A DNA stretch of 64,000 bases from Eledone cirrhosa (lineage: Eukaryota): contig OZ024766.1 in NCBI GenBank assembly GCA_964016885.1, positions 558,001-622,000 of the forward strand. Direction: 5' to 3'. How positions within the stretch are numbered: position 1 is the stretch's first letter; every line of letters begins with the position of its first letter. The translations under genes and the position numbers were made by a program. Under the pieces are notes generated by a model. The model was given only the letters and a program-made list of their open reading frames with translations, did not search any database and was not told where the DNA came from. Below, in pieces: positions 39,266 through 51,837 of this stretch.

Positions 39266-39297
<32 letters not shown>

Positions 39298-39400
39298 ATC
39301 AAAGATTAATAGGGTTCATTGATTACTCAATGAATACAGTTTTACAATAGATTAAAAGCACTCTACAAGAAAGTTTTCTGGAGTTTTTAATATTATTTAT

Positions 39401-39464
39401 ATATTTTATCTGATGAGGACGTATTGGAAAAAAACTACCTTCGAAATATATATAATAAACATAT
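39401..39464 (+). ncRNA. Type I hammerhead ribozyme motif in RPL37 intron 1 (sense)
   Basis: ATATTTTAT-CTGATGA-ggacgta..taccttc-GAAA-TATAT-ATA^ATAAACATAT: G10.1-C11.1 closes stem II, and stem I is 5+4 bp with a bulge. Confidence 0.78.
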
Positions 39465-39570
39465 TTTGATTGTGTAAATGTCTTCATTAATATTTTGAAT
39501 AATATATATATATATATTATTCAAAATATTAATAAATGAAGACATTTACACAATCAAAATATATATATAT

Positions 39571-39915
39571 GGAGGCACATGGCTTAGTGGTTAGAGCATT
39601 GGCTTTGCAATCGAAAGGTTGTGAGTTCAATTCTCAGACCGGGTGATGTGTTGTGTCCTTGAGCAAGACACTTTATTTCACATTGCTCCAGTTTACTCAG
39701 CTGTAGAAATGAGATGATAGGGACTGGGGTCCCTATCATTCCACTGCAAAGTGGTCGTGGAGGTGCCACGGCAAAAAAGCACCCAGCACTCACTGTAAAT
39801 GAGGTTGGTGTTAGGAAGGGCATCCAGCTGTAGAGATCAAGCCAGAATCAGTTCCCGTCCCACCCTTGCAAGCAGGGGAAAAGCGGACATGACATGAAAT
39901 GAAATGATGATGTTG
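39571..39915 (+). mobile_element. SINE family A copy (RPL37 intron 1)
   Basis: As 10061. Confidence 0.9.
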
Positions 39916-39965
39916 ATGATATGAATGTAGGGAATTGTCTCAGTCTCCTTGTTTTCTTCTTTCAG

Positions 39966-40101
39966 ACAAAGGGTACCTCAAGTTTTGGTAAGAGGAACGA
40001 CAAGTCACACACCCACTGTAGGAGGTGTGGACGGAGGTCGTTCCACATCCAGAAGAAGCGTTGTGCTTCCTGTGGTTATCCAAATGCTAGGAAGAGGTCG
40101 T
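39966..40101 (+). CDS. RPL37: 60S ribosomal protein L37, exon 2 (136 bp)
   Basis: ttttcttctttcag|ACAAAG... encodes [45 protein letters not shown] (the L37e C4 zinc finger) and ends T|gtaagt. Confidence 0.98.
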
Positions 40102-40619
40102 GTAAGTATTGCCATCATTGGCAGTTAAATACTTTCTGATGAAGGACTGACGTCCAAAACATTACATCTTTTTTTTTTTTTTTTTTTCTACTCTCGTCTA
40201 TCTTTCTGGTTTAATCTTCTGAATGTTTTAGCTTAAGCGCTGGCATCCACGGCAGCTATTTCATATGCAAATATGTATATAAGCTGTAGCTTGTTCTTGT
40301 CCTAGTGTCGAGTGAACAGATGTCACTGATGACGGATATACGCCCAGAAACATGGCATTCTCACACGTCTATTGACATGGTCGTGATGTTGTGAGGTCTA
40401 TATATGTTTATTGTTGTGTATACCTTCATATACACCACACCGCTGTCGTTTTACAGAGTGCACTGGGTGTTCGTGGATGACATGAGGGTGGGGCTGTCAT
40501 GTCTGGCACAACCAATGGCTGGTGTTCTGTGGCTGGATGCCCTCCTTCCTTTCACCAACCACTTTACGGTGTTTCTTATAGCTTGATGTTGTTGCCAGTA
40601 CACTGCAAGCTTTGAAAGA

Positions 40620-41103
40620 GTAAATACTAGGGTCGATGTGATCAACTAAATCAAGGCAGTGCCCCAGCATGGCCACAGTCTGGTGACTGAAACATGTTAG
40701 ATAGTGAATACAAGGCAGTGCCACAGTCTAGTGACTGAAACATGGTAAATACAAGGCAGTGCCCCAGCATGGCCACAGTCTAATAACTGAAACCAGTACA
40801 ACAGTACTGGGGTTGATATGATTGACTAAATCAAGGCAGTGCCCCAGCATGGCCACAGTCTAGTGACTGAAACAAGTAAAACAGCACTGGGGTTGATATG
40901 ATTGACTAAATCAATGCTGTGCCCCAGCATGGCCGCAGTCTAGTGACTGAAACAAGTAAAACAGCACTGGGGTTGATATGATTGACTAAATCAATGCTGT
41001 GCCCCAGCATGGCCACAGTCTAGTGACTGAAACAAGTAAAACAGTACTGGGGTTGATATGATTGACTAAATCAATGCTGTGCCCCAGCATGGCCGCAGTC
41101 TAG
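40620..41103 (+). repeat. About 80-bp tandem repeat abutting the RPL37 exon 3 acceptor
   Basis: Unit contains caaggcagtgccccagcatggccacagtctagtgactgaaac. Confidence 0.88.
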
Positions 41104-41126
41104 TTATTTTATTCTTTATATTTCAG

Positions 41127-41211
41127 ACAACTGGAGTGTAAAGTCACGCAGGAGACGAACAACTGGTACTGGGCGTATGAAACATTTGAAATCAGTTTAC
41201 AGAAGATTTAA
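41127..41211 (+). CDS. RPL37: 60S ribosomal protein L37, exon 3 (85 bp)
   Basis: tttcag|AC AAC TGG... encodes (Y)[27 protein letters not shown](K) and ends AA|gtacgt. Phases match exons 2 and 4. Confidence 0.97.
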
Positions 41212-41277
41212 GTACGTATTACTACCTACCCTGTGTGGGTTTTGGAGGGCCCTACTCTAGCTTGTAATCCCCTTTAA

Positions 41278-41734
41278 CCCTTTAGTATTTACATTACTCT
41301 ATATATACTATTGTATTTTCACAGTAAAGGCTTTACCTCACATAACATTTACATTACTCTATATATACTATTGTATTTTCACAGTAAAGGCTTTACCTCA
41401 CATAATATCTCACATAACATTTACATTACTCTATATATACTATTGTATTGTCACAGTAAAGGCTTTACCTCACATAATATGGAATCTATGAGATTTTGAA
41501 AGTATTTATTTTGAGAACAATACCGTAACATCAGTATGAGTGACCAGTTTGAACATTAAAGGGTTAACATTTAAACCGGTCGTATCTGGCCAGGATTCTC
41601 TCACCTCTTTATGTTCAAACTGGCTGCTCATATTTATGTTAAAATAAAAAGGATCAAAATCTCGTAGGTTCGATATGCAAGATGAAGTGTTTACTGTGAA
41701 AACACAATGGTGCGTCTAATGTAAAACCTACGGG
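41278..41734. mobile_element. Two adjacent piggyBac-type MITEs sharing a TTAA (41278-41563, 41568-41734)
   Basis: The first has intact CCCTTTA/TAAAGGG ends and three internal units; the second is an older inverted copy. Confidence 0.75.
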
Positions 41735-41822
41735 TTAAGTTACCATATTTTTAATGAAAGACACCCTATTGTTTGTTTGAAAATGGTGAGAGAGAGAGGG
41801 AGCTGTTATTTAATTGAGAGAT

Positions 41823-42158
41823 CACATGGCTTAGTGGTTAGAGCATTGGCCTTGCAATCGAAAGGTTGTGAGTTCAATTCTCAGACCGAGAGATGTGTTG
41901 TTTCCTTGAGCAAGACACTTTATTTCACATTGCTCCAGTTTACTCAGCTGTAGAAATGAGATGATAGGGACTGGGGTCCCTATCATTCCACTGCAAAGAG
42001 GACGTGTAGGTGCCACGGCAAAAAATAAAAAAAAAGCACCCAGCACTCACTGTAAATGAGGTTGGTGTTAGGAAGGGCATCCAGCTGTAGAAATCAAGCT
42101 TGTATCAGTTCCTGTCCCACCCTTGCAAGCAGGGAAAAGTGGACGTAAAATGATGATG
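41823..42158 (+). mobile_element. SINE family A copy (RPL37 intron 3)
   Basis: As 10061. Confidence 0.9.
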
Positions 42159-42344
42159 AAATGAGATCACAGCTTCAATGTTACTGATTTGTGGCCAAAA
42201 TGGGGGTTCCTTTGAAGGGTCTTCGGAATAACGTTACTCGATGATGGAGGTACATGGCTTGGTGGTTAGTGCATTGGGCTTGCAATCGAAAGGTTGTGAG
42301 TTCAATTCTCAAAGCTGAGAAAGCTGCTCCAGGTCAAACTGCTA

Positions 42345-43755
42345 CTTGCCTGAATTGAGAGACCACAGCTCCGATACTACGGACATGTTAGAATGTCTCA
42401 GGAAAGAATCTCTGAATTGAGAGATCACAGCTCTGATACTACAGACATGTGGTTAGAATGTCTGAGGAAAGAATCTCTGAATTGAGAGAACACAGCTCTG
42501 ATACTACAGACATGTGGTTAGAATGTCTCAGGAAAGAATCTCTGAATTGAGAGATCACAGCTCTGATACTACAGACATGTGGTTAGAATGTCTCAGGATA
42601 GAATCTCTGGATTGAGAGATCACAGCTCTGATACTACAGACATGTGGTTAGAATGTCTCAGGAAAGAATCTCTGGATTGAGAGATCACAGCTCTGATACT
42701 ACAGACATGTGGTTAGAATGTCTCAGGAAAGAATCTCTGAATTGTGAGATCACAGCTCTGATACTACAGACATGTGGTTAGAATGTCTCAGGAAAGAATC
42801 TCTGGATTGAGAGATCACAGCTCTGATACTACAGACATGTGGTTAGAATGTCTCAGGAAAGAATCTCTAAATAGAGAGATCACAGCCCTGATACTACAGA
42901 CATGTGGTTAAAATGTCTCAGGAAAGAATCTCTGAATTGTGAGATCACAGCTCTGATACTACAGACATGTGGTTAGAATGTCTGAGGAAAGAATCTCTGA
43001 ATTGAGAGATGACAGCTCTGATACTACAGACATGTGGTTAGAATCTCTGAATTGAGAGATCACAGTTCTGATACTACAGATATGTGGTTAGAATGTCTGA
43101 GGAAAGAATCTCTGGATTGAGAGATCACAGCTCTGATACTACAGACATGTGGTTAGAATGTTTGAGGAAAGAATCTCTGGATTGAGAGATCACAGCTCTG
43201 ATACTACAGACATGTGGTTAGAATGTTTGAGGAAAGAATCTCTGGATTGAGAGATCACAGCTCTGATACTACAGACATGTGGTTAGAATGTTTGAGGAAA
43301 GAATCTCTGGATTGAGAGATCACAGCTCTGATACTACAGACATGTGGTTAGAATGTTTGAGGAAAGAATCTCTGGATTGAGAGATCACAGCTCTGATACT
43401 ACAGACATGTGGTTAGAATGTTTGAGGAAAGAATCTCTGGATTGAGAGATCACAGCTCTGATACTACAGACATGTGGTTAGAATGTTTGAGGAAAGAATC
43501 TCTGGATTGAGAGATCACAGCTCTGATACTACAGACATGTGGTTAGAATGTTTGAGGAAAGAATCTCTGGATTGAGAGATCACAGCTCTGATACTACAGA
43601 CATGTGGTTAGAATGTCTCAGGAGAGAATCTCTGGATTGAGAGATGACAGCTCTGATACTACAGACATGTGGTTAGAATGTCTCAGGAGAGAATCTCTGG
43701 ATTGAGAGATGACAGTTCCGATACTACGGGCATGTGGTTAGAATGTCTCAGGAGA
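42345..43755. repeat. 65-bp minisatellite (about 21 units) in RPL37 intron 3
   Basis: Unit attgagagatcacagctctgatactacagacatgtggttagaatgtctcaggaaagaatctctgg. Confidence 0.95.
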
Positions 43756-44584
43756 GGTGATTCAGGGGTAGACCCCAAGCAAGTGGAGATAGTTCTTTCT
43801 GGTGGGACTCCTCTTTGGAGGGATTAACTTTCTCATTAAAATTGTTTGGAACATAAAGGTTCTTACATAAAATTATAATGGAAGGGTTTTAGATAAATAT
43901 AAACATGTTAATTCTTTCATTACCATATTTTTTTGTGAAAGGCATTGCCTATGGGCTTTTAAAAATAATTTTATAAACATATTTTTTGAACAGGCCCCTC
44001 TACCTAAGGAAAAAGAGCTTTTATTCTGAACTTAAACTGTTACAATTTGGAAATATATATTTACACTACATTATTATATATTAAGGGGTTGATAAAAATA
44101 AAGTACCAGTAATGCACTGGGTAATTGCTGGCCTTGTGCCTAAAGTAGAAACAATTATTATATATTAAGGGCGGTAGAGGGTTGGACGCCATGCTTTCCA
44201 GCATAGTTACGTCCCTTTATGGTCTGAGTTCAAATCCCGCCGAGGTTGACTGCCTTTCATCCTTACGGGGTCGATAAAATTAAAGTACCAGTAATGCACT
44301 GGGTAATTTACTGGCCTTGTGCTAAAGTAGAAACAATTATTATATATTAAAATGAAATGATATCCAGGGTTGGATTGGGGGGTGGGGGGGACAATGGCTG
44401 TGATAATTTATCTATGTCCTCGACTGGGCTTTTTAGTTTTAGGATGGTTAGGGTTTTTAAATATAATTCCTGTATGTATAACTTTTCAGCCCTGATATGT
44501 GCAAGTGGAAATATAAGAGCTAGGAGGGTCATCGACAACAGATATGACATCATCACTCATACTGGTTCCCAGCCAAGGGTTTTA

Positions 44585-44885
44585 TCATGTTAGGGAACAG
44601 GTAATAGTCAGATGGGGCCAAATCAGGAGAATAGGGAGGGTAATCAACCAGTTTATAGCTACAGTTGTACACAGCATCCATTGAAAGCAAGGATTTGTGT
44701 ACTGGAGCATTGTCCTGATGAAAAAAAGACCCCTTTCATCAGTTTTTCTGGGCGTTTGGTCTTGATAGCCTTGGCAAGTTGGCATAGTACTCCCCATCTA
44801 TTAACACACCTTTTGCATCCCAAAAAACTGAAGCCATCACTTTCCCATTGCATGGATTGTTTCTGAACTCTCAACGCTCATCCTT
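44585..44885 (-). mobile_element. mariner transposase relic (DD34D domain), in RPL37 intron 3
   Basis: Frameshifted GKVMASVFWDAKGV, HQDNAP and PPYSPDLAPSDYYLFPNM motifs. Confidence 0.9.
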
Positions 44886-44916
44886 GTTTAACCCATTACT
44901 CTATATTTACTATTGT

Positions 44917-45250
44917 ATCATCATCATTTTACGTCCACTTGTCCCTGCTTGCAAGGGTGGGACGGGAACTGATTCTGGCTTGATTTCTACAGCTGGGTGC
45001 CTTTCCTAACACCAACCTCATTTACAGTGTGGGCTGGGTGCTTTTTTTTTGCCGTGGCACCTCCACGACCACTTTGCAGTGGAATGATAGGGACCCCAGT
45101 CCCTATCATCTCATTTCTACAGCTGAGTAAACTGGAGCAATGTGAAATAAAGTGTCTTGCTCAAGGAAACAACACATCTCTCGGTCTGAGAATTGAACTC
45201 ACAACCTTTCGATTGCAAGCCTAAATGCTCTAACCACTAAGCCGTGTGCC
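44917..45250 (-). mobile_element. SINE family A copy (RPL37 intron 3, inverted relative to 41823)
   Basis: As 10061. A head-only copy also lies at about 45915-46078. Confidence 0.9.
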
Positions 45251-45406
45251 AAATATAGAAAAATTATTAAAGGCAGTGAGTTCAAATCCCTTTGAAGCTA
45301 GCTTTGCCTCTCTTGTGGGGTCGATTTAACCTTTTCCCTTCAAATTGTGCCAAATATAATCATAATTATGTATTTATGGTTTTTTTTTTTTTTTTTTTCC
45401 TTCCAG

Positions 45407-45488
45407 AAATGGTTTCAGAGAAGGTAAAATACCAAAACCCCATGTGAAGAAAGGTGGCGCCCCGTCAGCTGCCGTGGCAACCAGTTAG
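45407..45488 (+). CDS. RPL37: 60S ribosomal protein L37, exon 4 (last coding exon)
   Basis: A long poly-T tract and ccag| precede A AAT GGT TTC AGA GAA GGT..., encoding (K)NGFREGKIPKPHVKKGGAPSAAVATS*. Total CDS is 306 nt, i.e. 101 aa. Confidence 0.96.
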
Positions 45489-45507
45489 GCTTGTGAAGGA
45501 CTGTTTA

Positions 45508-45513
45508 AATAAA
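45508..45513 (+). terminator. RPL37 polyadenylation signal
   Basis: AATAAA 20 nt after the TAG stop, followed by a GT/T-rich downstream element (ctttgtctttttgtttattttt). Confidence 0.85.
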
Positions 45514-47159
45514 TCTATGTGAAAAAAATCCTCTTTGTCTTTTTGTTTATTTTTGTGTTTTAAAAAAAAATGAAATTTTACTATACCCCTGTGTTGGTTT
45601 GTTTGGCTTGCCATTAAGTACCGAATATGAGGTTCCTTGTGTGTTTTAATGATAGGGACCCCAGTCCTGTCATGTTGTTACAGCTTACACCTATGTAGAT
45701 TTAGCTGGCCTCTAACAGGAAGCTTCTTGTGGGATTTAATGATAGGGACCCCAGTCCTGTCATGTTACAGCTTACACCTATGTAGATTTAGCTGGCCTCT
45801 AACAAGAATCTTCTTGTGGGTTTTAATGATAGGGACCCCAGTCCTATCATGATGTTACAGCTTACACCTATGTAGATTTAGCTGGCCACTAACAGGAAGT
45901 TTCTTGTTTTAAAGATATGGACCCCAGTCCCTATCATCTCATTTTTACAGCTGAGTAAACTGGAGCAATGTGAAATAGTGTCTTGCTCAAGGAATCAACA
46001 CATCACCTGGTCTGAGAATTGAACTTACAACCTTTCGATTGCAAGCCCAATGCTCTAACCACGAAGCCATGTGCCTCCATATATATATATATATATATAT
46101 GTATAAAATACTATTCTTTCTTTCCCGTTACCTTGTTTCACATCAGCCTTTTTTTTTTACTTCAAAAACCTTGTTTGTAAATATTGGCAGTATCGGTAGA
46201 GGGTTTGACGCATGGAGTTACGGCCCTTGCCATTCTGAGTTCAAATCCCTCCAAGGTTAACTTAGCCTTTCATCCTTACGGGGTCGATAAAATAAAGTAC
46301 CAGTAATGTACTGGGGAGTAATTGTGGGCCAAAAGTAGAAACAATTATTCTTTCTTTCCAATTTCAACATGTTCAACATCACATGGGCAGTATTGGTAGA
46401 GAGTCGGACGCCAGGCTTTGAAGCATAGAGTTACGTCCCTTTACGGTCGGAGTTCTAATCCCGCCGGGGTTAACTTTGCCTTTCATCCTTACGGGGTCGA
46501 TAAAATAAAGTACCAGTAATGTACTGGGGATAATTGCTGGCCTTGTGCCTAAAGTAGAAACAATTATTTTCTCTTCTACATCTTGTACCCTTATAAATTC
46601 CCCCTTTTTCTCCCTCCCCCTCACACAATTTTGATAATGCTTAAAATGCTGAAACCAGTAATTGTTAATTATTAAATAATTAAATAAATCAATGCTATTG
46701 TTGTTAATTAATTAATTAATACCTTGACTCTTCACAAGTAAAATATTTTGTTTTAAACATTTTCTAGCCCAGAAAAATGAGAAAAAAAAATATTTTTCTT
46801 CCTAATAATCGGTTTTTGTTTGTTTGTTTTTTTTCCCTACATATATATTTATATGTGCATGTATATATATATATATGTGTGTGTATGTATATATGTGCAT
46901 GTGTATATATATGTATGTGCATGTATATATATATATTTATATGTGCATGTATATATATATTTATGTGTATATATATGTATGTGCATGTATATATATATAT
47001 TTATATGTGCATGTATATATATATTTATATGTGCATATATATATATATGTGCATGTAAATATATATATTTATATGTGTATGTATATATATATATTTGTGC
47101 ATGTATATATATGTGCATGTATATATTTATGTGTATGTATATATATATATTTATATGTG

Positions 47160-47198
<39 letters not shown>

Positions 47199-47608
47199 AT
47201 GTATATGTATGTGCATGTATATATATATTTATATGTGCATGTATATATATATTTATATGTGCATATATATATATATATATATTTATGTGTATGTATATAT
47301 GTATGTATGTATATATATATATTTATGTGTATGTATATATATATATATATGTATGTATATATATATATGTATATATATATATGTATGTATATATATATAT
47401 ATATATATGTATGTATATATATATGTGCATGTGTATATATATATATATATATATGAAAATAGGAAGAAAGAGACGATTATGAGGAAGAAAAATTATTTTT
47501 TTTCTGGGTTAGAAAATGATTAAAACGAAATATTTTACTTTGTGTGAAGTGTTAAGGTTTAGTTGATTTATTTATATATTTAATTGTCTATATATATATA
47601 TATGTATG

Positions 47609-47667
<59 letters not shown>

Positions 47668-48203
47668 ATATATACATATACATATGTATGTATATGTATG
47701 GGTGGGGAAACCCCACTAGATGTTTTACAGTCTCTATCTGAGGGAAATGGGATGGTTGAGGTTAAAATACTTGGAATAATTTATATTCCAGCTAGTTTCT
47801 TGCTTTCTCATCCTTTGTTGGTCTGCTACTGCTGCTGTTACTACTACTACTACTGCTGCTGTTACTACTACTACTACTACTACTGCTGCTGCTGTTACTA
47901 CTACTGCTGCTGCTGCTACTACTACTACTGCCTCATTGAATGCTCACAGACACGTACACAAACTCCCGTCAATCACGCATATTCACTCTAACGACCACGC
48001 CCTTTCCTTACTACCACCCTATAATCTTGCTACTACACCTACCACTCTTATTCCTCCCTCTCGTCAAATCTTTACACCTGCTACTCTCTCTCTCTCTTAT
48101 TACTCTGTCTTCCTCCCCTCTCTCTCTATATATCCTATTACTGTCTCCCCTCCCCCCTCTCTATATACTATTACTGTGTCTCCCCACTCTCTCTCTCTCC
48201 ACG

Positions 48204-48238
<35 letters not shown>

Positions 48239-48762
48239 CCTCTCCCCCTCTCTCTTTCTTATTACTGTATCACTCCCCCTCTCTATATATATTCTATTAC
48301 TGTGTCTCCCCACTCTCTCTCTCCACGTATATATATATAGAGAGAGAGAGAGCCTCTCTCACTCTCTATATCCTACTACTGTCCCCCTCACTATACACCA
48401 TTACTGTGTCGCTCTCCCCCTCTCTTTACTCTATCTGTGACTCCCCCTCTGTCTCTACTACTACTACTACTACCATTTCACCTCCTCCCACCTCTCTCTC
48501 TCTATCTATCCATCTCACTCACTTCTCCCATATACAATATATCAGGAGCTATAACAACTGCTGCCAGTGTCCGAGCAGCCTTCACTTCACGCCGGTACTC
48601 TGACAGTTCGTTCGTTGCGCGCTCTCTCTCTCTCCACGTATTATATATATAGATACACACACACATATATAAATACACACACATATATACACACATATAA
48701 ACACACACACATACACCCACACTCAGCCCTAGCCCAGACGACCGCCACCACATCACGCAGCT

Positions 48763-48855
48763 ATGGCAGACGACGACACAGAAGTCCCCACCGTCGATGA
48801 CATGATGAAGGCCGCTTCCAAAGCCATTGGGATGCCATTGAGACCAAAATTCCAG
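48763..48855 (+). CDS. Probable first coding exon of an unidentified gene (MADDDTEVPTVDDMMKAASKAIGMPLRPKFQ)
   Basis: gctATGG start context, 31 non-repetitive codons and a CAG|gtaaac phase-0 donor, preceded by a CpG-rich unique leader (48560-48760). No downstream exon was recognised in the window. Confidence 0.55.
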
Positions 48856-48919
48856 GTAAACAAAAAAAAAATATAAACACACCAGCATCTATTTCTCGCG
48901 TTACTTCGTTTCAGGCGGC

Positions 48920-49625
48920 CGTGGCCATACTGGGGCACTGTTTTAGTTAATCAGTGCTGGGGCACTGCCTGGGTTTAATTAATAGTGTTGTGGCCATACT
49001 TGGGCACTGCCTTGGTTTAGTTAATAGTGTTGTGGCCATACTGGGGCACTGCCTTGGTTTAGTTAATAGTGTTGTGGCCATACTGGGGCACTGTTTTAGT
49101 TAATCAGTGCTGGGGCACTGCCTTGGTTTAATTAATCAGTGTTGTGGCCATACTGGGGCACTGCCTTGGTTTAATTAATCAGTGTTGTGGCCATACTGGG
49201 GCACTGCCTTGGTTTAGTTAATAGTGTTGTGGCCATACTGGGGCACTGTTTTAGTTAATCAGTGCTGGGGCACTGCTGCCTTCGTTTAATTAATCATTGT
49301 GGCCATACTGGGGCACTGCCTTGGTTTAATTAATCAGTGTTGTGGCCATACTGGGGCGCTGTTTTAGTTAATCAGTGCTGGGGCCATACTGGGGCACTGC
49401 CTTGGTTTAATTAATAGTGTTGTGGCCATACTGGGGCACTGCCTTGGTTTAATTAATCAGTGTTGTGGCCATACTGGGGCACTGCCTTGGTTTAATTAAT
49501 CAGTGTTGTGGTCATACTGGGGCACTGCCTTGGTTTAGTTGACCATTGCTGTGGTCATACTGGGGCACTGCCTTGGTTTAATTAATCAGTGTTGTGGCCA
49601 TACTGGGGCAAATCCTTGGTTTAGT
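48920..49625 (-). repeat. About 40-bp tandem repeat, reverse complement of the 40620 motif
   Basis: Unit tgtggccatactggggcactgccttggtttaattaatcagtgt. Confidence 0.9.
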
Positions 49626-49837
49626 CGACCATATCGGGCCCCAATACTTATTTCTTCCAAGTCTTACTTGTTTTATCGATTTCTAGCTTGCCGAACCGCT
49701 AAGTAGAGGTATGTAAACTGACAGCTGGACATAAACGTAAATATAGACACTAAGACAGAAACACGTATGTATATGTGTATATATATATATATTTATATAC
49801 ATATACATACGTGTTTCTGTCTTAGTGTCTATATATA

Positions 49838-49887
<50 letters not shown>

Positions 49888-49903
49888 CTTACATCTTTAT
49901 ATA

Positions 49904-49953
49904 ACAGGCTGAATAAGTGAGGATGTATAACCCAACGAAACTTGCGAACCTGT
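49904..49953 (+). ncRNA. Decayed hammerhead motif
   Basis: ACAGG-CTGAATA-...-GAAAC-TTGC-GAA-CCTGT: the 5-bp stem I is perfect, but there are two core substitutions (G8 and U16.1). Confidence 0.5.
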
Positions 49954-50335
49954 ACATGCTACTGTTGTAACTAATTATATATATATATATATATGTGTGT
50001 ATGTATATATATATATATATGTGTGTATGTATATACATATATATGTGAGTATGTATATATATATGTATTCATCTTATTAAGGTTAAGAAGCGAGTCTTGT
50101 CACACCCAATCGTTAAGCACCTTGCCCTCAACCCAACTGAGTTTATTTCCTCATAACTTTCTTAATAAATAAAATTTTACACAGATACTTTTTATAAAGT
50201 GTAGAATATAAATAAGCTGATGAATATTTTCAAACAAAATTAATTAAAATTATTTTTTTATATATTAATTATTGCACAGAGTTTCGTTCGTTGGTGTTTC
50301 CGTTAACTAAATATTTTCTGTCTGTTTGTAGTTTA

Positions 50336-51837
50336 GGTTTAACATAAACTGAGGGAAAATATGTTAATCTTGTCTTCCAATGTAAATAATTAATAATAAA
50401 TTATATCGATAACATATTGATAATAAATAAAATCAATCAGGATAATGTCATTGATTGTTTTTTTATCTATACAGGAATGTAATATTTCTAACAACAGGAA
50501 TTGCGGGAAATTTTGACATTACAATAATTTCCTTGTCCCCATCCAATTGCCTTAGTTTCTTCATAACTTTCTTAATAATTAACAGTTTTTAATGAGATTT
50601 TACACAGATACTTTTTACAAAGTGTATATTTAGATGGTGTTGATAATATTTCGTTTTACTATAACATACACCTCCGGTAATCTCCGTTGTGTGTAAGTAA
50701 AGCTAGACATTACTACAGGGTAGTGACCTCGTGACTGTTCTCTTATAACTTCCTAAATAATTCATATTTTATAATGAAACTTGGCAAATATATATTTCTA
50801 AAGAGTATGTTACGATTATATTGATAATATTTAGATTTAGAATAACAGACATCCGGTAATCTCCGTTGTATGTAAGTAAAGCTAGACATAATTACAGTGT
50901 AGTGCCCTCGCCTGACTGTTCTCTCATAACTGTCTAAATAATTCATCTTTTACAATAAAACTTGGCAAATATATTTTTTCCCTAGAGTATATTACTATGA
51001 TGTTGATAATATTTAGATTTATTATAATATACACCTACTGTAATCTCCGTATATAAATTTAGATATGACTTCAGCTCACAGCGCTCTGCCGACTTAACTT
51101 TCTAAATTCACATTTTTTAATGAAATTTTACACATTACGGAGATTACCGGATGTCTATGTTATTCTAAATCTAAATATTATCAATGTAATCGTAGTATAC
51201 TCTTTAGAAATATATATTTGCCAAGTTTCATTATAAAATATGAATTATTTAGGAAGTTATAAGAGAACAGTCACGAGGTCACTACCCTGTAGTAATGTCT
51301 AGCTTTACTTACACACAACGGAGATTGCCGGAGGTGTATGTTATAGTAAAACGAAATATTATCAACACCATCTAAATATACACTTTGTAAAAAGTATCTG
51401 TGTAAAATCTCATTAAAAAATATTAATTATTAAGAAAGTTATGAAGTCGGGAGAGAGCTGTGAGATGTAGTTATGTCTAAGATTATATACGGAGATTACC
51501 GGAAGTTATATGTCATTCTAAATCTAAATATTAACATAATCGTAATATACAGATTTTAAAAAGTATCTGTGTAAAATCTCATTAAAAACTGTTAATTATT
51601 AAGAAAGTTATGAAGAAACTAAGGCAGGTGGGTGGGGACAAGGAAATTATTGTAATGTCAAAATTTTCCGCAATTCCTGTTGTTAGAAATATTACATTCC
51701 TGTATCGATAAAAAACAATCAATGACATTATCCTGATTGATTTTATTTATTATCAATATGTTATCGATATAATTTATTATCAATTATTTACATTGGAAGA
51801 TAAGATTAACATATTTTCCTTCAGTTTATGTTAAACC
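50336..51837. mobile_element. Foldback-like element with long modular inverted arms
   Basis: ggtttaacataaactga... / ...tcagtttatgttaaacc; the about 300-bp outer arms are near-perfect, and internal about 130-bp subrepeats carry ccggtaatctccgt. No TSD was seen. Confidence 0.7.

Noticed and set aside
40280-40405. Intronic snoRNA in RPL37 intron 2 (two hairpins, CTGATGA)
   Set aside because: There is no canonical H box with ACA and no C/D pair with a terminal stem. The CTGATGA..GAAAC pattern fits a decayed hammerhead better; an Rfam scan would settle it.
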